Position numbers and translations under genes: made by a program. A DNA stretch of 61,446 nucleotides. Origin: a virus (Duplodnaviria; Caudoviricetes). Below the pieces are notes generated by a model. It made no database searches. It was not told where the DNA came from and was given only the letters and a program-made list of their open reading frames with translations. Below are positions 9,319 to 21,478 of the stretch, piece by piece. How positions within the stretch are numbered: the first letter of the stretch is position 1; every line of letters begins with the position of its first letter. Location of the stretch: IMG/VR virus record IMGVR_UViG_3300036761_000480, positions 1 to 61,446 of that record; one strand, written 5' to 3'.

Positions 9319-12300
9319 TTATCCAGTATTAACTGTCTCCCAAGTTCCGTTATTATAATCAGTTTGACTATCGGTTCTCAAGAATTCCTTTCTCTCAAGC
9401 GTCCAATTTGTTAATGGTGGTACTGTATTTGTTAATGTAAGTCTATCCCATTGTCTATATAATCTCCATTCTTTTAATGATGAATCATATATAAATCCAA
9501 GAGATGCTGGATTGAATAAATTATTTATCATACCATTTGATCCTGAAGCATCAGCTTTAATCCGTAGAAATACCGCAACTTCTCTTTGTGTTTCATGACT
9601 AGTACTTATACTTGGCCTCAATGCCCCAACAGGGTCAACATCTCTTACATGAGATATTCTATATGAAGATGGAACCGAATTTAATTTTGTATAGTTCATA
9701 TTATTAATTGAACTCTGTACCATTGCGTATGATTCATTACATGTAAGTCCAGTTGTCATTCCATTACTTGGTAATGGCATTGTGAAGTTGATAGTTTTAT
9801 TCCCCGCATTAAATGTCACCGTTGATCCAAGAGATATATAAAGATAATTTCTTATTACTGAGTCACCACAATTGTTAGGCGCGTATTCCCAACTTATAAA
9901 ATAATATGAATAATATGCTAAATCAGTTGGAGATGAAGCCAACCAATTAGCATAACCTGTAGATCCTGTAACTGATGCAATATTAGACACGAATTTATTA
10001 TAATCCACAGAGCTTGTAAATGATAATGTTACATCAGTAGTTCCGTTTGGCGTTACTGTCGCCGTATCTGATGGCGTTTCTAAGTTAGCACATTGATAAA
10101 TGCTTCCGTTCCATATCCATTGATTTCCTCCTGTGTCTTTCCATTTATTAGTTATATTTGCTGGATTTAATCCATAATAATTATTACCAAAAATCATATT
10201 ATAATAAACAAATTTATACATATCTGTATATTTCCATAAGAAATATTCGGAAGTTGGCTTATATCCTATAGCTGTTGATGTAAGTCCGCTAATTGTGTTA
10301 TACGAAACATTGAAATAACAATCCGGATCGCCAGAGTATGTCATATATGTTGTACCCGTTAATATTTTACTTATATTTGTATCTGGGAAAGTTAAATTAA
10401 TATCGGAGCTTGTCAAGCATTTCATTCTCATATCCCAGTTGGTGTCATTATTGAGCGGTTCGAGAGTTGATCCAGTTATCCCGATATTTAAATAACCACT
10501 CGCTGCTTCAAAGTTTCCAATGTCCGATATTCCAGTTAAGTCAGTTACATATTTAGCGCCATAAGCTCCATTCATATATGATGAATAGTTATATACTTTT
10601 GGATTAGTTGGGTAACTTGCGGGATATAGATTGGTTATTAAACTATTTGGAAGTCCGCTGGCTGATCTTGTACCGATAACAAAGTTATCAAGTAATATAC
10701 CTGATGGATAATTTGTACTAAAATACGATATTTGTAATTGGTCAGCAACATCATAAGCCGCGAATTCCCAAGCAAAATGGGTTGTTGAATCTAACAGTTC
10801 AAATGATATCGACCTTGATTTATCTTCACTTACATTAACAGTATTTCTATATATTAAACCAAATGGATAAACAGTATCGTTATTAAATACCGCTGAACAT
10901 GTGATTGGACTAATCGTTATTGGCGTTCCATTAACACATGTAAATAAATCGGGACTCCAACGAGTACTTCCAGTTACAGATGCAAAGTATGGGGTATATG
11001 TTAAACCATTTGATACAACATATCTAATAACAGGATAATATGTTCCCTGTGGGACAATTTCATTTGTAAATGGATGTTGTTGTTGTATGTTTGGATCACT
11101 TCCAACTCCCGTAATAAGCTCGGTTGTTCCAGTAATACTACCAGTTCTCCATTCAATTACAAAATCACCAATAGTACATCCATTGCCCGAAACTAATTTA
11201 TTTGATGATAAGAAATATCCACCTGTTTCACCTGAAAGTGATAAATTACATGTTGAACATATAGTGTATATTACTAATGGTGACGGCGTTGGTGATGGCG
11301 TTGGTGATGTAGTAGATTGTGGTGTAATACTCGGCGTTATGGATTGTGATACTCCAGGTACATTGGTAACATCAATAATTTCACCCTCCACGACGCATGG
11401 CGCCGATGGCGTTGGCGTCATTGATGGCGTCACTGATGGAGTTACCGATGGCGTTATACTTGGCGATATACTTGGTGTTATACTTGGCGTTATACTTGGC
11501 GTTATACTTGGCGTTATATTTGGCGTTTTCGACGGTGTTTTTGATACTGTTATGCTCGGTGTTGCACTCGGTGTTGCACTCGGTGTTGCACTCGGTGTTT
11601 TTGATACTGAAATACTTGGTGATATTGAAATACTTGGCGTTAAACTTGGCGTTAAACTTGGTGTTGCACTTGGTGTTTTTGATACCGTTATACTTGGCGT
11701 TACACTTATCGTATTACTTGGTGTTGCACTCGGTGTTTTTGATACCGTTATACTTGGTGTTATAGATGGCGTTATTGAAATACTTGGCGTTATTGATGGT
11801 GTTAAACTTGGCGTTATACTTGGAGTCGCGGTCATCGTCGGTGATATCGAAATACTTGGCGATATCGAAATACTTGGTGTTATGCTTGGTGTTATGCTTG
11901 GAGTTGCACTTGGAGTTTTACTTGGCGTTTTTGTCATCGTTGGTGACGATGTAACAGTTGGAGTTATTGAAATGCTTGGCGTTAGACTTGGCGTTTTACT
12001 TGGTGTTGCGGTCACCGTTGGCGACGATGTAATAGTCGGCGTTATTGTTATACTTGTTGTTATACTTGGTGTTAGACTTGGCGTTGCGCTTGGTGTTTTA
12101 CTTGGCGTTTTTGATACCGTTATACTTGGTGTTATAGATGGCGTTGATGTTATTGATGGCGTTGGTGATGGCGTTGCTGACGGCGTTGGCGTTGATGTTG
12201 GTGATGGCGTTGCTGATAATGATATACTTGGTGTTGGCGAAACATCTTCAATTATACCAGTATCACATACTGTCTCTCCAGTCCATCCATTAGGTCCACA

Positions 12301-15300
12301 AGATCTTATAAATAATTGATTTATTGGCGAAGATTCGGTTTGTCCATATCCTATAAAATATTGATGAAGAGTGTAGTCTATTGTATCAAATTTTTCTTCT
12401 GTATATCTTACTATAATATTGTCATAATTACCTGTCTCGCCATTAAATAAAATAATATTACCATTATCTGAACTTCCACTAGCATTTACTTGATAATATA
12501 TTTTTTTATAATTATCATCACTACAATAATTTAATGTCACACCAGTTACTTCGATTGGAAATCCATATTGATTAATCATTAAATCTCCAATGTATATATC
12601 TTCTGGGTATTTATATTCAAAAAGATATGGTACACTCTGTAATTGAATATTCATATTGGTATATACCAATATTTTACTTGTTGGTAAAACTTCAAATTCA
12701 TCATTAATAATATGTGATTTTACCGTACTAAAACATTCTTTATTTTCAACAGTAATAAAGTCATAATCAAATGCAAATTGATATCCATTAGTATTTGCAT
12801 TACTAAAGTCCTGACTAGATAAGTCTCCATAAGGTTTTAAGGAAAGAGATAATAATATATCACCAATTGAAATGTTTTCAATTGTTATCCCACTAATACT
12901 TCCTCCTGCTATTGCTGTAACAAGATCTTCCCATGTTGATGGAATTGATGGAGAACCAATAACTTTATAAACATCAGTTCCTTTTCTTAATCCATAATTA
13001 AAACTTGGTCTATATTCTACTATTGGATTTGAAGTAAATCCAGTATTAATACCGACTTCGACAACTACAAATTGTAATCCATCAACTTCTAATCTTTGCT
13101 CACAATTCGCGGCATCCGTAAATATTAAATGAATGAGATCACATTCACTAAAACCAGTTAGCATAAAGATACACGGTGCAACTTGTTGTATTCTTGGGTT
13201 AACATTTACTTCATCATCGCATTCCTGATGTACATAAACCGATCCCCTTCCCATTTCATCTCCAGTAGCTCCACTAACATAAAAATATAAATCGGCAAAT
13301 AATTCACATCTAGTATCGCCAGTATAAATTGGTGATGATGATTCCACATATACTTCTAAGGCGCAATCCTGTTTTGTTAAATTAAAAATTGGTGCAAAAT
13401 AATACTCAAATTCCGCATCACAATTCTCATCATAATAGTCATTTGGTGATACTGTAAATCTTACTTTTTCAATACCATCGATGTCGGTAAAATATTCTAC
13501 TGTTATAGTATAACCAGTTTCGCCAGAAATGGCATTTGCTATTAATGTATCTAAAGTACTTCTCCAAATAGTCTTCATATCTTCGACGGTATCACCGCCA
13601 TTAAATAATGACCATGTATTTCCCGAATATTCATATCCACAAACTAATGGAATGCTATCTGATGTTGCCGTTAAGGAAGTACAATTATTGGTTGGAGGAG
13701 TATATGCTGAAAATGGTTTTAAATTAGGCGTTTCGGCGCTATATAGATTACCATTGACAACTAATGATATTTGAAATGATATTCCTCCGAAAAATTGAAC
13801 GCCTCTAAAATTTTCTAACGAAACATCTTCCCCATTAATAGATCCACTACCAATAATTGTCTCAATATCTTCACGAATTACGGTTTCAAAATCTGGGTAA
13901 AGAATTTGGGTATATGTAGTTGGAAGACAAGGTTGAGGATATTGATATCTTGACCCATATCCTGGCCCATTTTCAATTAAATTTCCACCTAGCCATAATG
14001 TTGTTGCTGGCACAAATTGATCAATTATGCTAGTCCAATAAGGACTTAATCTATTTATAAAATCACATACCGCAATATAATTATAGGGTTTGAATTCATT
14101 ACTTCGATAATAAGCGTTATATACCTCCTCTATATCTATATAGTTTCTCTGATACCTCATAATATGTGAATTTGTAATGATGATACTTAACATTTCATCT
14201 AAAAATTCAGCAAATGTCCTATCTGTCTGAGGTGGTAATGTGTGAAAAGTTAACGATAAATTTCTTGATTTTCGATATATGTCATAATCTATTGCCCTAT
14301 CTGCAGCTAAAAACGCATTAATGTTTTTTCTATTTAGCGTTAATTTTGATGTATTTTCATCTATAACATTTTCAATTTTCTTATTATCAATTTTGCTTGA
14401 TAAACTATATCCATAATCTAATCCTGGAAGTTTTCGATATGCGTCAAAATAATCCTCACCATATGTAAATGGTTTAGACATTGTTTTAATGGTTTTTATC
14501 CTACCTGATAAATTAGAATTCGCGGCATCTAAAATATCGGGAGATCTATGGTCTAATAATTTTCTATACCAGCCTGCTCCTGTTTGAAAAAATAAACTAC
14601 CATCTGTTGTGATGATTTTTCGTGGTAATCCCGTAATTTCATCGACAGGATAATTGTCTCTACTTAAACTTGTTGATCCAGTTATTTGTGTTAAAGTATA
14701 TCCGGTTATTCCTGTATTGTATTCCGCCATATTAACCACTCTAATTCCTTGCATTGCTTCCCAAATATCATTTTCGATGGTTTTTGAAGGTAATACGGCA
14801 TCAACTATATAAACATATTCATCAAGCCTAATTAGAGGTTCTGGTGCGCCAATAAATTTTAAAAAGAATTCTATACCACCTCTAGTCCCTTTTGATTTAT
14901 ATAGATTAGCAAGATTGACTAATATTCTTCTATAAAATTCATATTCGGCTTCGATTAAATTAACTCCTGTTGACACACCGTTATATTGGGGATCGTGTCT
15001 TGTATATAAAGAATCTGCCAGACTTTTTTCATCGAATAGGCTAATGGTTGAAAGCCCAAGAGTTTCGGATAGGTTTTTTAATAATACATCGGGAACGTTA
15101 TTAATTCCATCATAACTTACATTTCGCATATAAGCGATGTTATCAATAAACACTTTTATTTTATCAAAACTTTGGCCATATATCTGAAATATGGATTCCA
15201 TCTTTTTTTCTTCAGTATCAAACTCATAAAGTTGTGGAGCGGTTAAAAATCTGATAATTAAATTGGCTTTATAATCATCGCTTTCGTCACCTAAAGAACT

Positions 15301-16245
15301 TAATTGACTAATATAATAATCATAATTAACCCCAGTTATTTGAATATTCCATCCATCTCGTGAAATTGGCCAATTAATATATACAGTAATTGTATCAACA
15401 TTATATCCTCCATTAGTTTCTCTTGGTACATTAAATCCAGCATTAAATTTAGGACTACTTTCTCTATTTAATAATACACTTTCTAAATCATCTAAATTAT
15501 CATAAAATTCTTCTACAACACCATCGTTCGGTCTTATTAGATAATTTTCGGTAAATCCAGTCGCGTTATCAAAACAATTACCATCAACCTTTAATGTAAT
15601 TTTATTGTCAACATCAGGCCCCTCATATTCTAATATACCAAATACACTACCACCAATATCAATTACATATTTTGTATATGATGAATAAAAATTTCTTATA
15701 GTGTTATCTGTAGTTGATATTACATTAGTTTGCGGTTCAATTAATATAACATCTAATGGATTAAATAATAACGAATATTGTACTTTAAATTCTGTGATGC
15801 CTAAATATGGATTATATACAATAGATTCGGCGCTTAAACTGTTTAATCCAACGGGTGATGTTGTATCTACCAGAATTGCTGCGGGATATTTTGCAATGAT
15901 ATTTGAAACTGAAACTCCAAGTCTTTGTTTTAACGAGCCATAGAGCGAACGATCAGCATTATTCTTATCATTATTAAATTTAATATCTTGTGATGTGCTA
16001 CTTGTGCTATCGGTATTAGTAGTAGTACTGTCTTCTTCTTTAATATCATCTAATGTGAGAAAATCCGAAAAGGGCTGTGTTATAAACTCCTTACTGTCTT
16101 TTTCGGGTATTATTCTATCAATAGCAAAGTTTTCGCCAGTCATTTGACTGGAGCCATCAGTAATTTGGTTACCAACCAGAAAATCACTAAATGTATCGGC
16201 CCCACTTGAGGCTTGACTAGGAACTTTGTATTTTACTACTGGCAT
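9319..16245 (-). CDS. Large baseplate/tail protein with P2 gpI-like wedge motif, degenerate Hint-like domain and long Thr-Pro-Ser linker
   Basis: [29 protein letters not shown] matches the KGT baseplate/tail-formation motif; 2308 aa; tail cluster context. Confidence 0.7.
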   Translation of the reverse strand: MPVVKYKVPSQASSGADTFSDFLVGNQITDGSSQMTGENFAIDRIIPEKDSKEFITQPFSDFLTLDDIKEEDSTTTNTDSTSSTSQDIKFNNDKNNADRSLYGSLKQRLGVSVSNIIAKYPAAILVDTTSPVGLNSLSAESIVYNPYLGITEFKVQYSLLFNPLDVILIEPQTNVISTTDNTIRNFYSSYTKYVIDIGGSVFGILEYEGPDVDNKITLKVDGNCFDNATGFTENYLIRPNDGVVEEFYDNLDDLESVLLNRESSPKFNAGFNVPRETNGGYNVDTITVYINWPISRDGWNIQITGVNYDYYISQLSSLGDESDDYKANLIIRFLTAPQLYEFDTEEKKMESIFQIYGQSFDKIKVFIDNIAYMRNVSYDGINNVPDVLLKNLSETLGLSTISLFDEKSLADSLYTRHDPQYNGVSTGVNLIEAEYEFYRRILVNLANLYKSKGTRGGIEFFLKFIGAPEPLIRLDEYVYIVDAVLPSKTIENDIWEAMQGIRVVNMAEYNTGITGYTLTQITGSTSLSRDNYPVDEITGLPRKIITTDGSLFFQTGAGWYRKLLDHRSPDILDAANSNLSGRIKTIKTMSKPFTYGEDYFDAYRKLPGLDYGYSLSSKIDNKKIENVIDENTSKLTLNRKNINAFLAADRAIDYDIYRKSRNLSLTFHTLPPQTDRTFAEFLDEMLSIIITNSHIMRYQRNYIDIEEVYNAYYRSNEFKPYNYIAVCDFINRLSPYWTSIIDQFVPATTLWLGGNLIENGPGYGSRYQYPQPCLPTTYTQILYPDFETVIREDIETIIGSGSINGEDVSLENFRGVQFFGGISFQISLVVNGNLYSAETPNLKPFSAYTPPTNNCTSLTATSDSIPLVCGYEYSGNTWSLFNGGDTVEDMKTIWRSTLDTLIANAISGETGYTITVEYFTDIDGIEKVRFTVSPNDYYDENCDAEFEYYFAPIFNLTKQDCALEVYVESSSPIYTGDTRCELFADLYFYVSGATGDEMGRGSVYVHQECDDEVNVNPRIQQVAPCIFMLTGFSECDLIHLIFTDAANCEQRLEVDGLQFVVVEVGINTGFTSNPIVEYRPSFNYGLRKGTDVYKVIGSPSIPSTWEDLVTAIAGGSISGITIENISIGDILLSLSLKPYGDLSSQDFSNANTNGYQFAFDYDFITVENKECFSTVKSHIINDEFEVLPTSKILVYTNMNIQLQSVPYLFEYKYPEDIYIGDLMINQYGFPIEVTGVTLNYCSDDNYKKIYYQVNASGSSDNGNIILFNGETGNYDNIIVRYTEEKFDTIDYTLHQYFIGYGQTESSPINQLFIRSCGPNGWTGETVCDTGIIEDVSPTPSISLSATPSPTSTPTPSATPSPTPSITSTPSITPSITVSKTPSKTPSATPSLTPSITTSITITPTITSSPTVTATPSKTPSLTPSISITPTVTSSPTMTKTPSKTPSATPSITPSITPSISISPSISISPTMTATPSITPSLTPSITPSISITPSITPSITVSKTPSATPSNTISVTPSITVSKTPSATPSLTPSLTPSISISPSISVSKTPSATPSATPSATPSITVSKTPSKTPNITPSITPSITPSITPSISPSITPSVTPSVTPSMTPTPSAPCVVEGEIIDVTNVPGVSQSITPSITPQSTTSPTPSPTPSPLVIYTICSTCNLSLSGETGGYFLSSNKLVSGNGCTIGDFVIEWRTGSITGTTELITGVGSDPNIQQQHPFTNEIVPQGTYYPVIRYVVSNGLTYTPYFASVTGSTRWSPDLFTCVNGTPITISPITCSAVFNNDTVYPFGLIYRNTVNVSEDKSRSISFELLDSTTHFAWEFAAYDVADQLQISYFSTNYPSGILLDNFVIGTRSASGLPNSLITNLYPASYPTNPKVYNYSSYMNGAYGAKYVTDLTGISDIGNFEAASGYLNIGITGSTLEPLNNDTNWDMRMKCLTSSDINLTFPDTNISKILTGTTYMTYSGDPDCYFNVSYNTISGLTSTAIGYKPTSEYFLWKYTDMYKFVYYNMIFGNNYYGLNPANITNKWKDTGGNQWIWNGSIYQCANLETPSDTATVTPNGTTDVTLSFTSSVDYNKFVSNIASVTGSTGYANWLASSPTDLAYYSYYFISWEYAPNNCGDSVIRNYLYISLGSTVTFNAGNKTINFTMPLPSNGMTTGLTCNESYAMVQSSINNMNYTKLNSVPSSYRISHVRDVDPVGALRPSISTSHETQREVAVFLRIKADASGSNGMINNLFNPASLGFIYDSSLKEWRLYRQWDRLTLTNTVPPLTNWTLERKEFLRTDSQTDYNNGTWETVNTG
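11278..12240 (-). repeat. Coding tandem repeat (x-T-P-S)n, about 300 codons
   Basis: Repeated tacttggcgtta / gcactcggtgtt units; translation [15 protein letters not shown]. Confidence 0.95.
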
Positions 16246-17162
16246 TATGATGTTATTGTATCAAAGTTTAATGACTCATCAATATCTGTTTTTATTTCTC
16301 TAATTTCATATAATGTTTCATTGAACTCATTCTTAATTTCAAATAAATTAAACTGTTTATAGATGTTTTTATCTTTGTCATATATTGTGTATGTACCACT
16401 CGAAATTGCCTTACTTTGATTACCATAAAGAGCATAACTCAATGTTTGAGCATCGTGTTCAACCATTTCAATTTCAATTGTAGTCGGATTAAAATATGTA
16501 TTCGTTAAAATAATGGTTTGCTCAGGTTGCCCAATATACGGAACAGTTGTTGGCCTTGTTGACGGAGCGGCACTTGGAGTTATTGTTAAAAACATTAAAT
16601 TCGTGGCGCTATCAGAATATCTATATCTGATAGCTTTCTGTGTGGTATTAGTTAAATTTGTTGTAATTGGCTCGCAATAAAAATTAGATGTAATGATCCT
16701 ATAAAAATTAGGAACTTTTTTATTATCTGTTGGGTTTATATATTCAATACGATATCCAACTAATCCTTGGGGACTAAATTTATTTCTATCTGTTGAAACC
16801 ACATTTGATAAATCTATTATTAATCCTCTAACTGACGGTAGTGATGCTAGCACGCCACAGTCGGTTATCTTCGTTCTAATCTGTTTTGGCCTCAAGTGAA
16901 GGGTGTATATCCCCAACTCAGAGAAATCGGTTGATTCGAGTTTTAAATTGTATAACCCACCCAAAATTTCAACATTTGGCGCGTTGCTGTCATCTGTAGT
17001 ATCAGAATTATGATAAACAGGTGTTAAAATTGTTGCGGCGTCTAATCTTTTTAATGTTACTTCTGAATTTGCGTTCCTATCAATTACATAGTGATAGATT
17101 ATCTCAACATCTTCAGGGGAGACATCCGATCCCCTAATTATTCCAAACGATCCTGTAGACAT
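16245..17162 (-). CDS. Hypothetical virion structural protein
   Basis: 305-aa ORF whose stop overlaps the next start by 1 nt; TATTTAT motif upstream. Confidence 0.7.
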   Translation of the reverse strand: MSTGSFGIIRGSDVSPEDVEIIYHYVIDRNANSEVTLKRLDAATILTPVYHNSDTTDDSNAPNVEILGGLYNLKLESTDFSELGIYTLHLRPKQIRTKITDCGVLASLPSVRGLIIDLSNVVSTDRNKFSPQGLVGYRIEYINPTDNKKVPNFYRIITSNFYCEPITTNLTNTTQKAIRYRYSDSATNLMFLTITPSAAPSTRPTTVPYIGQPEQTIILTNTYFNPTTIEIEMVEHDAQTLSYALYGNQSKAISSGTYTIYDKDKNIYKQFNLFEIKNEFNETLYEIREIKTDIDESLNFDTITS

Positions 17163-17202
17163 TCTTTTACTTTATTATTTCTTTATTTATATAAATATAA
17201 AA

Positions 17203-18156
17203 TTATTGTTTTTTTACTTTAAAATAACCACTTCCATAGATATCTAGTTCTCCTGTGCTATCAATTTCGCCCAACCTCAAATTTCTTTCCATCACTCCCT
17301 GTTTACCTCTTTCAATGAAAATATCTGAATAAATCTGAGGCTCATCAAGAAACCCTATCAGATGTTCATTTCTTGTTATCATTCCCTGGTATAATTCTTC
17401 ATTGACGTAATTAGATGTTAGCCCTGTTATATGTGTATATCCATCAGAATAATCCATATAAAATAAACCATCTATGGTATAACCCGTATAATCGCCAGCA
17501 TCGGTATGTCCTGTTGTTAATCCTGAATATATATAACCTCTACCATAATTTTTAAATTCGTCAATTCTACTTTTTCCTAAAGCTAAAAACGATATGGTTG
17601 ATTCGTTAGTGTTTCCTGTTAATGTCGTGTAATCTTCCAAATAATCCTGTGTTACACCAGTTACTGGCGGATCATATGTATATGGAACAGTAAATGTTAA
17701 TGTGCCCAAATCAGTTGGAAGAGTTGAACCAGTAATTGGAAGATATATGCTTCTCTTTAGTTTTTCTACTTTCCATGGAGAATCAACAGTAATTTCCACA
17801 TCATATATTCCAGATCCACTATATAAATGTCCAGCATATGGTAAATTTGCGTCATATACGGTTGGCATAGATATAGTATCTCCTGAAGTTCCATCTCCCC
17901 ACGAAATACTAAAAATAGAATCAATAAGAGTTTTTAACTTATTAGTATTTATTGTGTTAAACACAACAATCGAATTCGGAATAACTCCGCCTGCATATGT
18001 GAAATTACAAAATTGTTCAATCTGTTCCATAGTTCCATCAAACCCAACCATAATACCCATTTCATCTGCCGAGCATTCCAAAAATATTGGTATTTGATAT
18101 GTTATACCACTCGTTGACCCTGACAATATTTCGTATCTATCTTTTTTCATATTCAT
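17203..18156 (-). CDS. Hypothetical virion structural protein with PKD-like motif
   Basis: ISWGDG..HLYSGSGIYDVEITV resembles a PKD domain; rich in [ST]GxT. Confidence 0.7.
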   Translation of the reverse strand: MNMKKDRYEILSGSTSGITYQIPIFLECSADEMGIMVGFDGTMEQIEQFCNFTYAGGVIPNSIVVFNTINTNKLKTLIDSIFSISWGDGTSGDTISMPTVYDANLPYAGHLYSGSGIYDVEITVDSPWKVEKLKRSIYLPITGSTLPTDLGTLTFTVPYTYDPPVTGVTQDYLEDYTTLTGNTNESTISFLALGKSRIDEFKNYGRGYIYSGLTTGHTDAGDYTGYTIDGLFYMDYSDGYTHITGLTSNYVNEELYQGMITRNEHLIGFLDEPQIYSDIFIERGKQGVMERNLRLGEIDSTGELDIYGSGYFKVKKQ

Positions 18157-18159
18157 TTT

Positions 18160-19326
18160 TTAAGGTGCTGAGCATGCCTCGGTACAAGTATTAAATGGTC
18201 CGTTTGATACTATAATTAAATCTGTGGTATTAATAGATTGATATGAATCTGGCCGTATTATATCTATCGACGGATCATTTACTTTATAATATTTTCCCAA
18301 GGTTAAAGAAACTGTTGTTTTTATATGGGCACCACCACCACGAGAAACACATATTACCCCATTACAATCATATAATGTGACTCCATATCCAGATGTTCCG
18401 CCAGTTCCAGATGTTCCGCCAGTTCCGGATGTTCCGCCAGTTCCGGATGTTCCGCCAGTTCCGGATGTTCCACTAGTTCCACTAGTTCCACTAGTTCCAC
18501 TAGTTCCATATGCTCCAACAGAACTAGATGATACTGATGTGGAATAAAATCTAATGGGATCGGTACTACATCCAACTCTACCTTCTGTTGCTCCAGAATA
18601 AATCATATATGAATAATCACTTCTATCGATGACCATTTTGTAATACACATCTATCTCTTCACTTGTAACACCGCTATATACTTTATCATAATTCGTAAAA
18701 TTTATCGTTTGTCCATCGATAGTATTAAAGAACTTTGCTGTCATATAAAATGTATTACCTGACATCAATGTTCCGTCCATTACTGTATTATCTTGGAACC
18801 AGAACAAATACATATTTTCTTTGTTTCTATAATTAGATCCCGTAAAAACAGGAACAAAAATATGCTCATTAATTGGCATGTAATAAACCTTTTCCCCTAA
18901 CGGAACAGATAGATGTTTAGTAAATACCAATTTCCTATTTGAACTATTAGGATTTTCGCCTTCTGGAACTTTATAAAATTCTAATCTGAAAAAACTATCA
19001 TTGTCCTGTCTTATAACTTTTGCATTTTTTTCTGGCGTTAATCCTATATACTCATAATTTAGTCCGCCAGCGTGAGTTGGAGGATCTTGATCATTATAAA
19101 AATAGAAATAAAACCAAATATCTGTTTGTTCTATATTTCCTGTTCCTCCTGTACATGATTTGTGCGCGTACCTAACTGTTTCAAAATTAACTGCAGGGTT
19201 AATAACAGACTTTAGAGTATCCTGTTCAAATTCCTGAAAAGATTCTTCCCATCCCAAATCTGTTCTAAAATTAGTTTCAGTATTTATTGAAATTTTTCTA
19301 TCCGATGTATTTCGTAAAATTTTCAT
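18160..19326 (-). CDS. Hypothetical virion protein with Gly-X-Y (GTS/GTG) collagen-like repeat and Cys-containing C-terminal module
   Basis: 388-aa ORF containing GTSGTSGTSGTSGTSGTGGTSGTGG... Confidence 0.75.
   Translation of the reverse strand: MKILRNTSDRKISINTETNFRTDLGWEESFQEFEQDTLKSVINPAVNFETVRYAHKSCTGGTGNIEQTDIWFYFYFYNDQDPPTHAGGLNYEYIGLTPEKNAKVIRQDNDSFFRLEFYKVPEGENPNSSNRKLVFTKHLSVPLGEKVYYMPINEHIFVPVFTGSNYRNKENMYLFWFQDNTVMDGTLMSGNTFYMTAKFFNTIDGQTINFTNYDKVYSGVTSEEIDVYYKMVIDRSDYSYMIYSGATEGRVGCSTDPIRFYSTSVSSSSVGAYGTSGTSGTSGTSGTSGTGGTSGTGGTSGTGGTSGTGGTSGYGVTLYDCNGVICVSRGGGAHIKTTVSLTLGKYYKVNDPSIDIIRPDSYQSINTTDLIIVSNGPFNTCTEACSAP
18388..18507 (-). repeat. 9-nt and 18-nt tandem repeats encoding (GTS)n and (GTGGTS)n
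   Basis: actagttcc repeated; gatgttccgccagttcc repeated four times. Confidence 0.95.
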
Positions 19327-19334
19327 TTATATTA

Positions 19335-21473
19335 TTAATTATCTATTGCAATTCTAATTTCAGTTGGAGAGGTGGTTGCAGGAAAAGAAAATATTTTAAC
19401 AACACTTAAAATATTACCTGTTTCGCCAACATTTATTGGTTCACCTTTATATAAAACACTATCAATATAAAGATTTAAAAATTTAGTTGAATTTGGGGTT
19501 GGTACGCCATAAACTTCCACAGATAATGTTTGACTCGATATTGTTCCAGTATATGTTAATATGGTTGTGCCAGTTACTGGATATACAAATGACGGTATTC
19601 CATTTCCACCTATGCCAGAAAACTTAATGCCATATGCTGGATCCAAAATAAAATTTCCTGAAGCTGGCGGAGTGGGAGTTACTGTTGGCGTTACTGTTGT
19701 TGTTACTGTTACAGTTGGATTAAGTAATACTGCGTGACATTCGTCTGCTCCTTTTACAAAGAAGCTAATAAGGCCATCTTTTTTATTTGTAAAAATTTGT
19801 TCATTTCTTAAATAGAAATTAATATCTCTATGTATGTAATGAATGTTATTCATATATGGATAATCTGTGCCATATCCATCAATATCAATATATCCGTCAT
19901 CATATAAATCTCTCCACCTCCATAATTTTTCACTGGAGAAATATCTTGTGTTTTCAGGTAAATTCTCTACTTTATCAGTATTTGATGTTTCTGTATATGG
20001 GGATAATTCTCTCATTTTAAATCTATAGTGTGGTTGATAATATAACCCTATAGGATTGTCATCAGTTGCGCCAGAATATGTTGTAGTTAATGTTTGCCCA
20101 TGATTAAATACATTTACATTACTAACTATTTTATGAAACGATTCGGATATTATTCTTTCTTTCATCTCTTTAGGATTATATTCAACAAATGCGCCAAATA
20201 AAATATCGCCTTCCGACATTGTTCTTCCTGATGTAAATGTAATTCCGTCTCTAACAAATGTGTCACCAGATAATCCTATTTCTGATGATGTATTTCCACT
20301 AAAATGATCATCAATCCATAAATCGTGAAAATTAAATTTATATCCAACTTTAGGCGGGTATTCGAAAAATCCATTACCATTTCTAAAAACCATCGACATA
20401 TATATATCAGTTGGGGTATATCCTAAATTATTGGTAATTCCAGTTAATATAAAAGGTTCTTTAAAATCAAATAAAACCGCTTCCATCCGATTTCTTTCCA
20501 CAACCACATCATTTATTCCCGCGCTATTTTCAAATAATAATCTCTTTTCATCTTGCCAAATTGGTGATTCAAATCCAACTTTATCTAAAATATAATCATC
20601 TATAGATGTTAATACTTTATGTATGTGCACATAGTACTCTGAAGTAGAATTGTTTATATCATTTATATCGGTACATCTTTTACCATTTACTAATGTATTA
20701 AACGTACCGCCCGTTAATTGTGATTTTGCAATATTTATAACATAATTCTCTGAATTATAAACCTCGTTTCCGATAGAATTAACATAATAAGGTATTGAAT
20801 TTATTATTACAAATTCTCCTTGATTAATACCATGAATAACTGGACTCGTCAGAATATACTCAGTTGTCCCCGTTTGGACTCTAAACGGAATTCCGTCGCC
20901 ACTAAGAAAAGTTAATATATTGTCGCCTTCAGTTTTTATTGTGCCTGATAATGTATACTTCATTGGAAATTCGGCATTATGATCATATATGTAGGTCATA
21001 TAAAGATTCCAATTAAAATGAGGGGCATTAAGCGCTGTAATTTCTTGATGCAATGTTGTTCCAGATGTAATAAGAGTGAATCCAGAAAATGTATCCAAAG
21101 AACTCATTGACATTGGATCTACTGCTTCCCTATATATGTCGTTTCTTAAAAACGCAAATTCATCATATGGAAGATATCCAGCATAACATCCATCTGTTCC
21201 ATCACTATATAATGCTAATCTTTGTTTTAAATAGTCATAATCAGATACTCCAAGATATAAATTTCTAAATACCATTTTCATTTTACCATATATCATATAT
21301 CTGTTACAATCTGACCTTTCTTTTGCAAATTGTTCGGACAAATCAAGAACAATATCTCTATCATCAGTTCGTAATAAAGATTTTTCTTCCTCAAAACCAA
21401 TACGTATCTGACTATCGATTGCTGGCGCCTTTTCGTATCTTAATTTTGGTAATATGATTTGTTTCTTTTCCAT
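19335..21473 (-). CDS. Hypothetical virion structural protein (probable start MEKKQ at 21473)
   Basis: Long ORF in the structural cluster; the ATG at 21473 avoids overlap with the upstream gene; rich in [ST]GxT. Confidence 0.75.
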   Translation of the reverse strand: MEKKQIILPKLRYEKAPAIDSQIRIGFEEEKSLLRTDDRDIVLDLSEQFAKERSDCNRYMIYGKMKMVFRNLYLGVSDYDYLKQRLALYSDGTDGCYAGYLPYDEFAFLRNDIYREAVDPMSMSSLDTFSGFTLITSGTTLHQEITALNAPHFNWNLYMTYIYDHNAEFPMKYTLSGTIKTEGDNILTFLSGDGIPFRVQTGTTEYILTSPVIHGINQGEFVIINSIPYYVNSIGNEVYNSENYVINIAKSQLTGGTFNTLVNGKRCTDINDINNSTSEYYVHIHKVLTSIDDYILDKVGFESPIWQDEKRLLFENSAGINDVVVERNRMEAVLFDFKEPFILTGITNNLGYTPTDIYMSMVFRNGNGFFEYPPKVGYKFNFHDLWIDDHFSGNTSSEIGLSGDTFVRDGITFTSGRTMSEGDILFGAFVEYNPKEMKERIISESFHKIVSNVNVFNHGQTLTTTYSGATDDNPIGLYYQPHYRFKMRELSPYTETSNTDKVENLPENTRYFSSEKLWRWRDLYDDGYIDIDGYGTDYPYMNNIHYIHRDINFYLRNEQIFTNKKDGLISFFVKGADECHAVLLNPTVTVTTTVTPTVTPTPPASGNFILDPAYGIKFSGIGGNGIPSFVYPVTGTTILTYTGTISSQTLSVEVYGVPTPNSTKFLNLYIDSVLYKGEPINVGETGNILSVVKIFSFPATTSPTEIRIAIDN

Positions 21474-21478
21474 TTCTT

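Noticed and set aside
1437-12319. Long plus-strand Val/Gly/Leu-rich ORFs (1437-2000, 8611-9030, 11087-12319, 11397-11765 and others)
   Set aside because: Antisense shadows of the xTPS repeats in genuine minus-strand genes.
1621-18507. CRISPR array
   Set aside because: The tandem repeats have periods that are multiples of 3, lie within ORFs and have no unique spacers; no cas genes.
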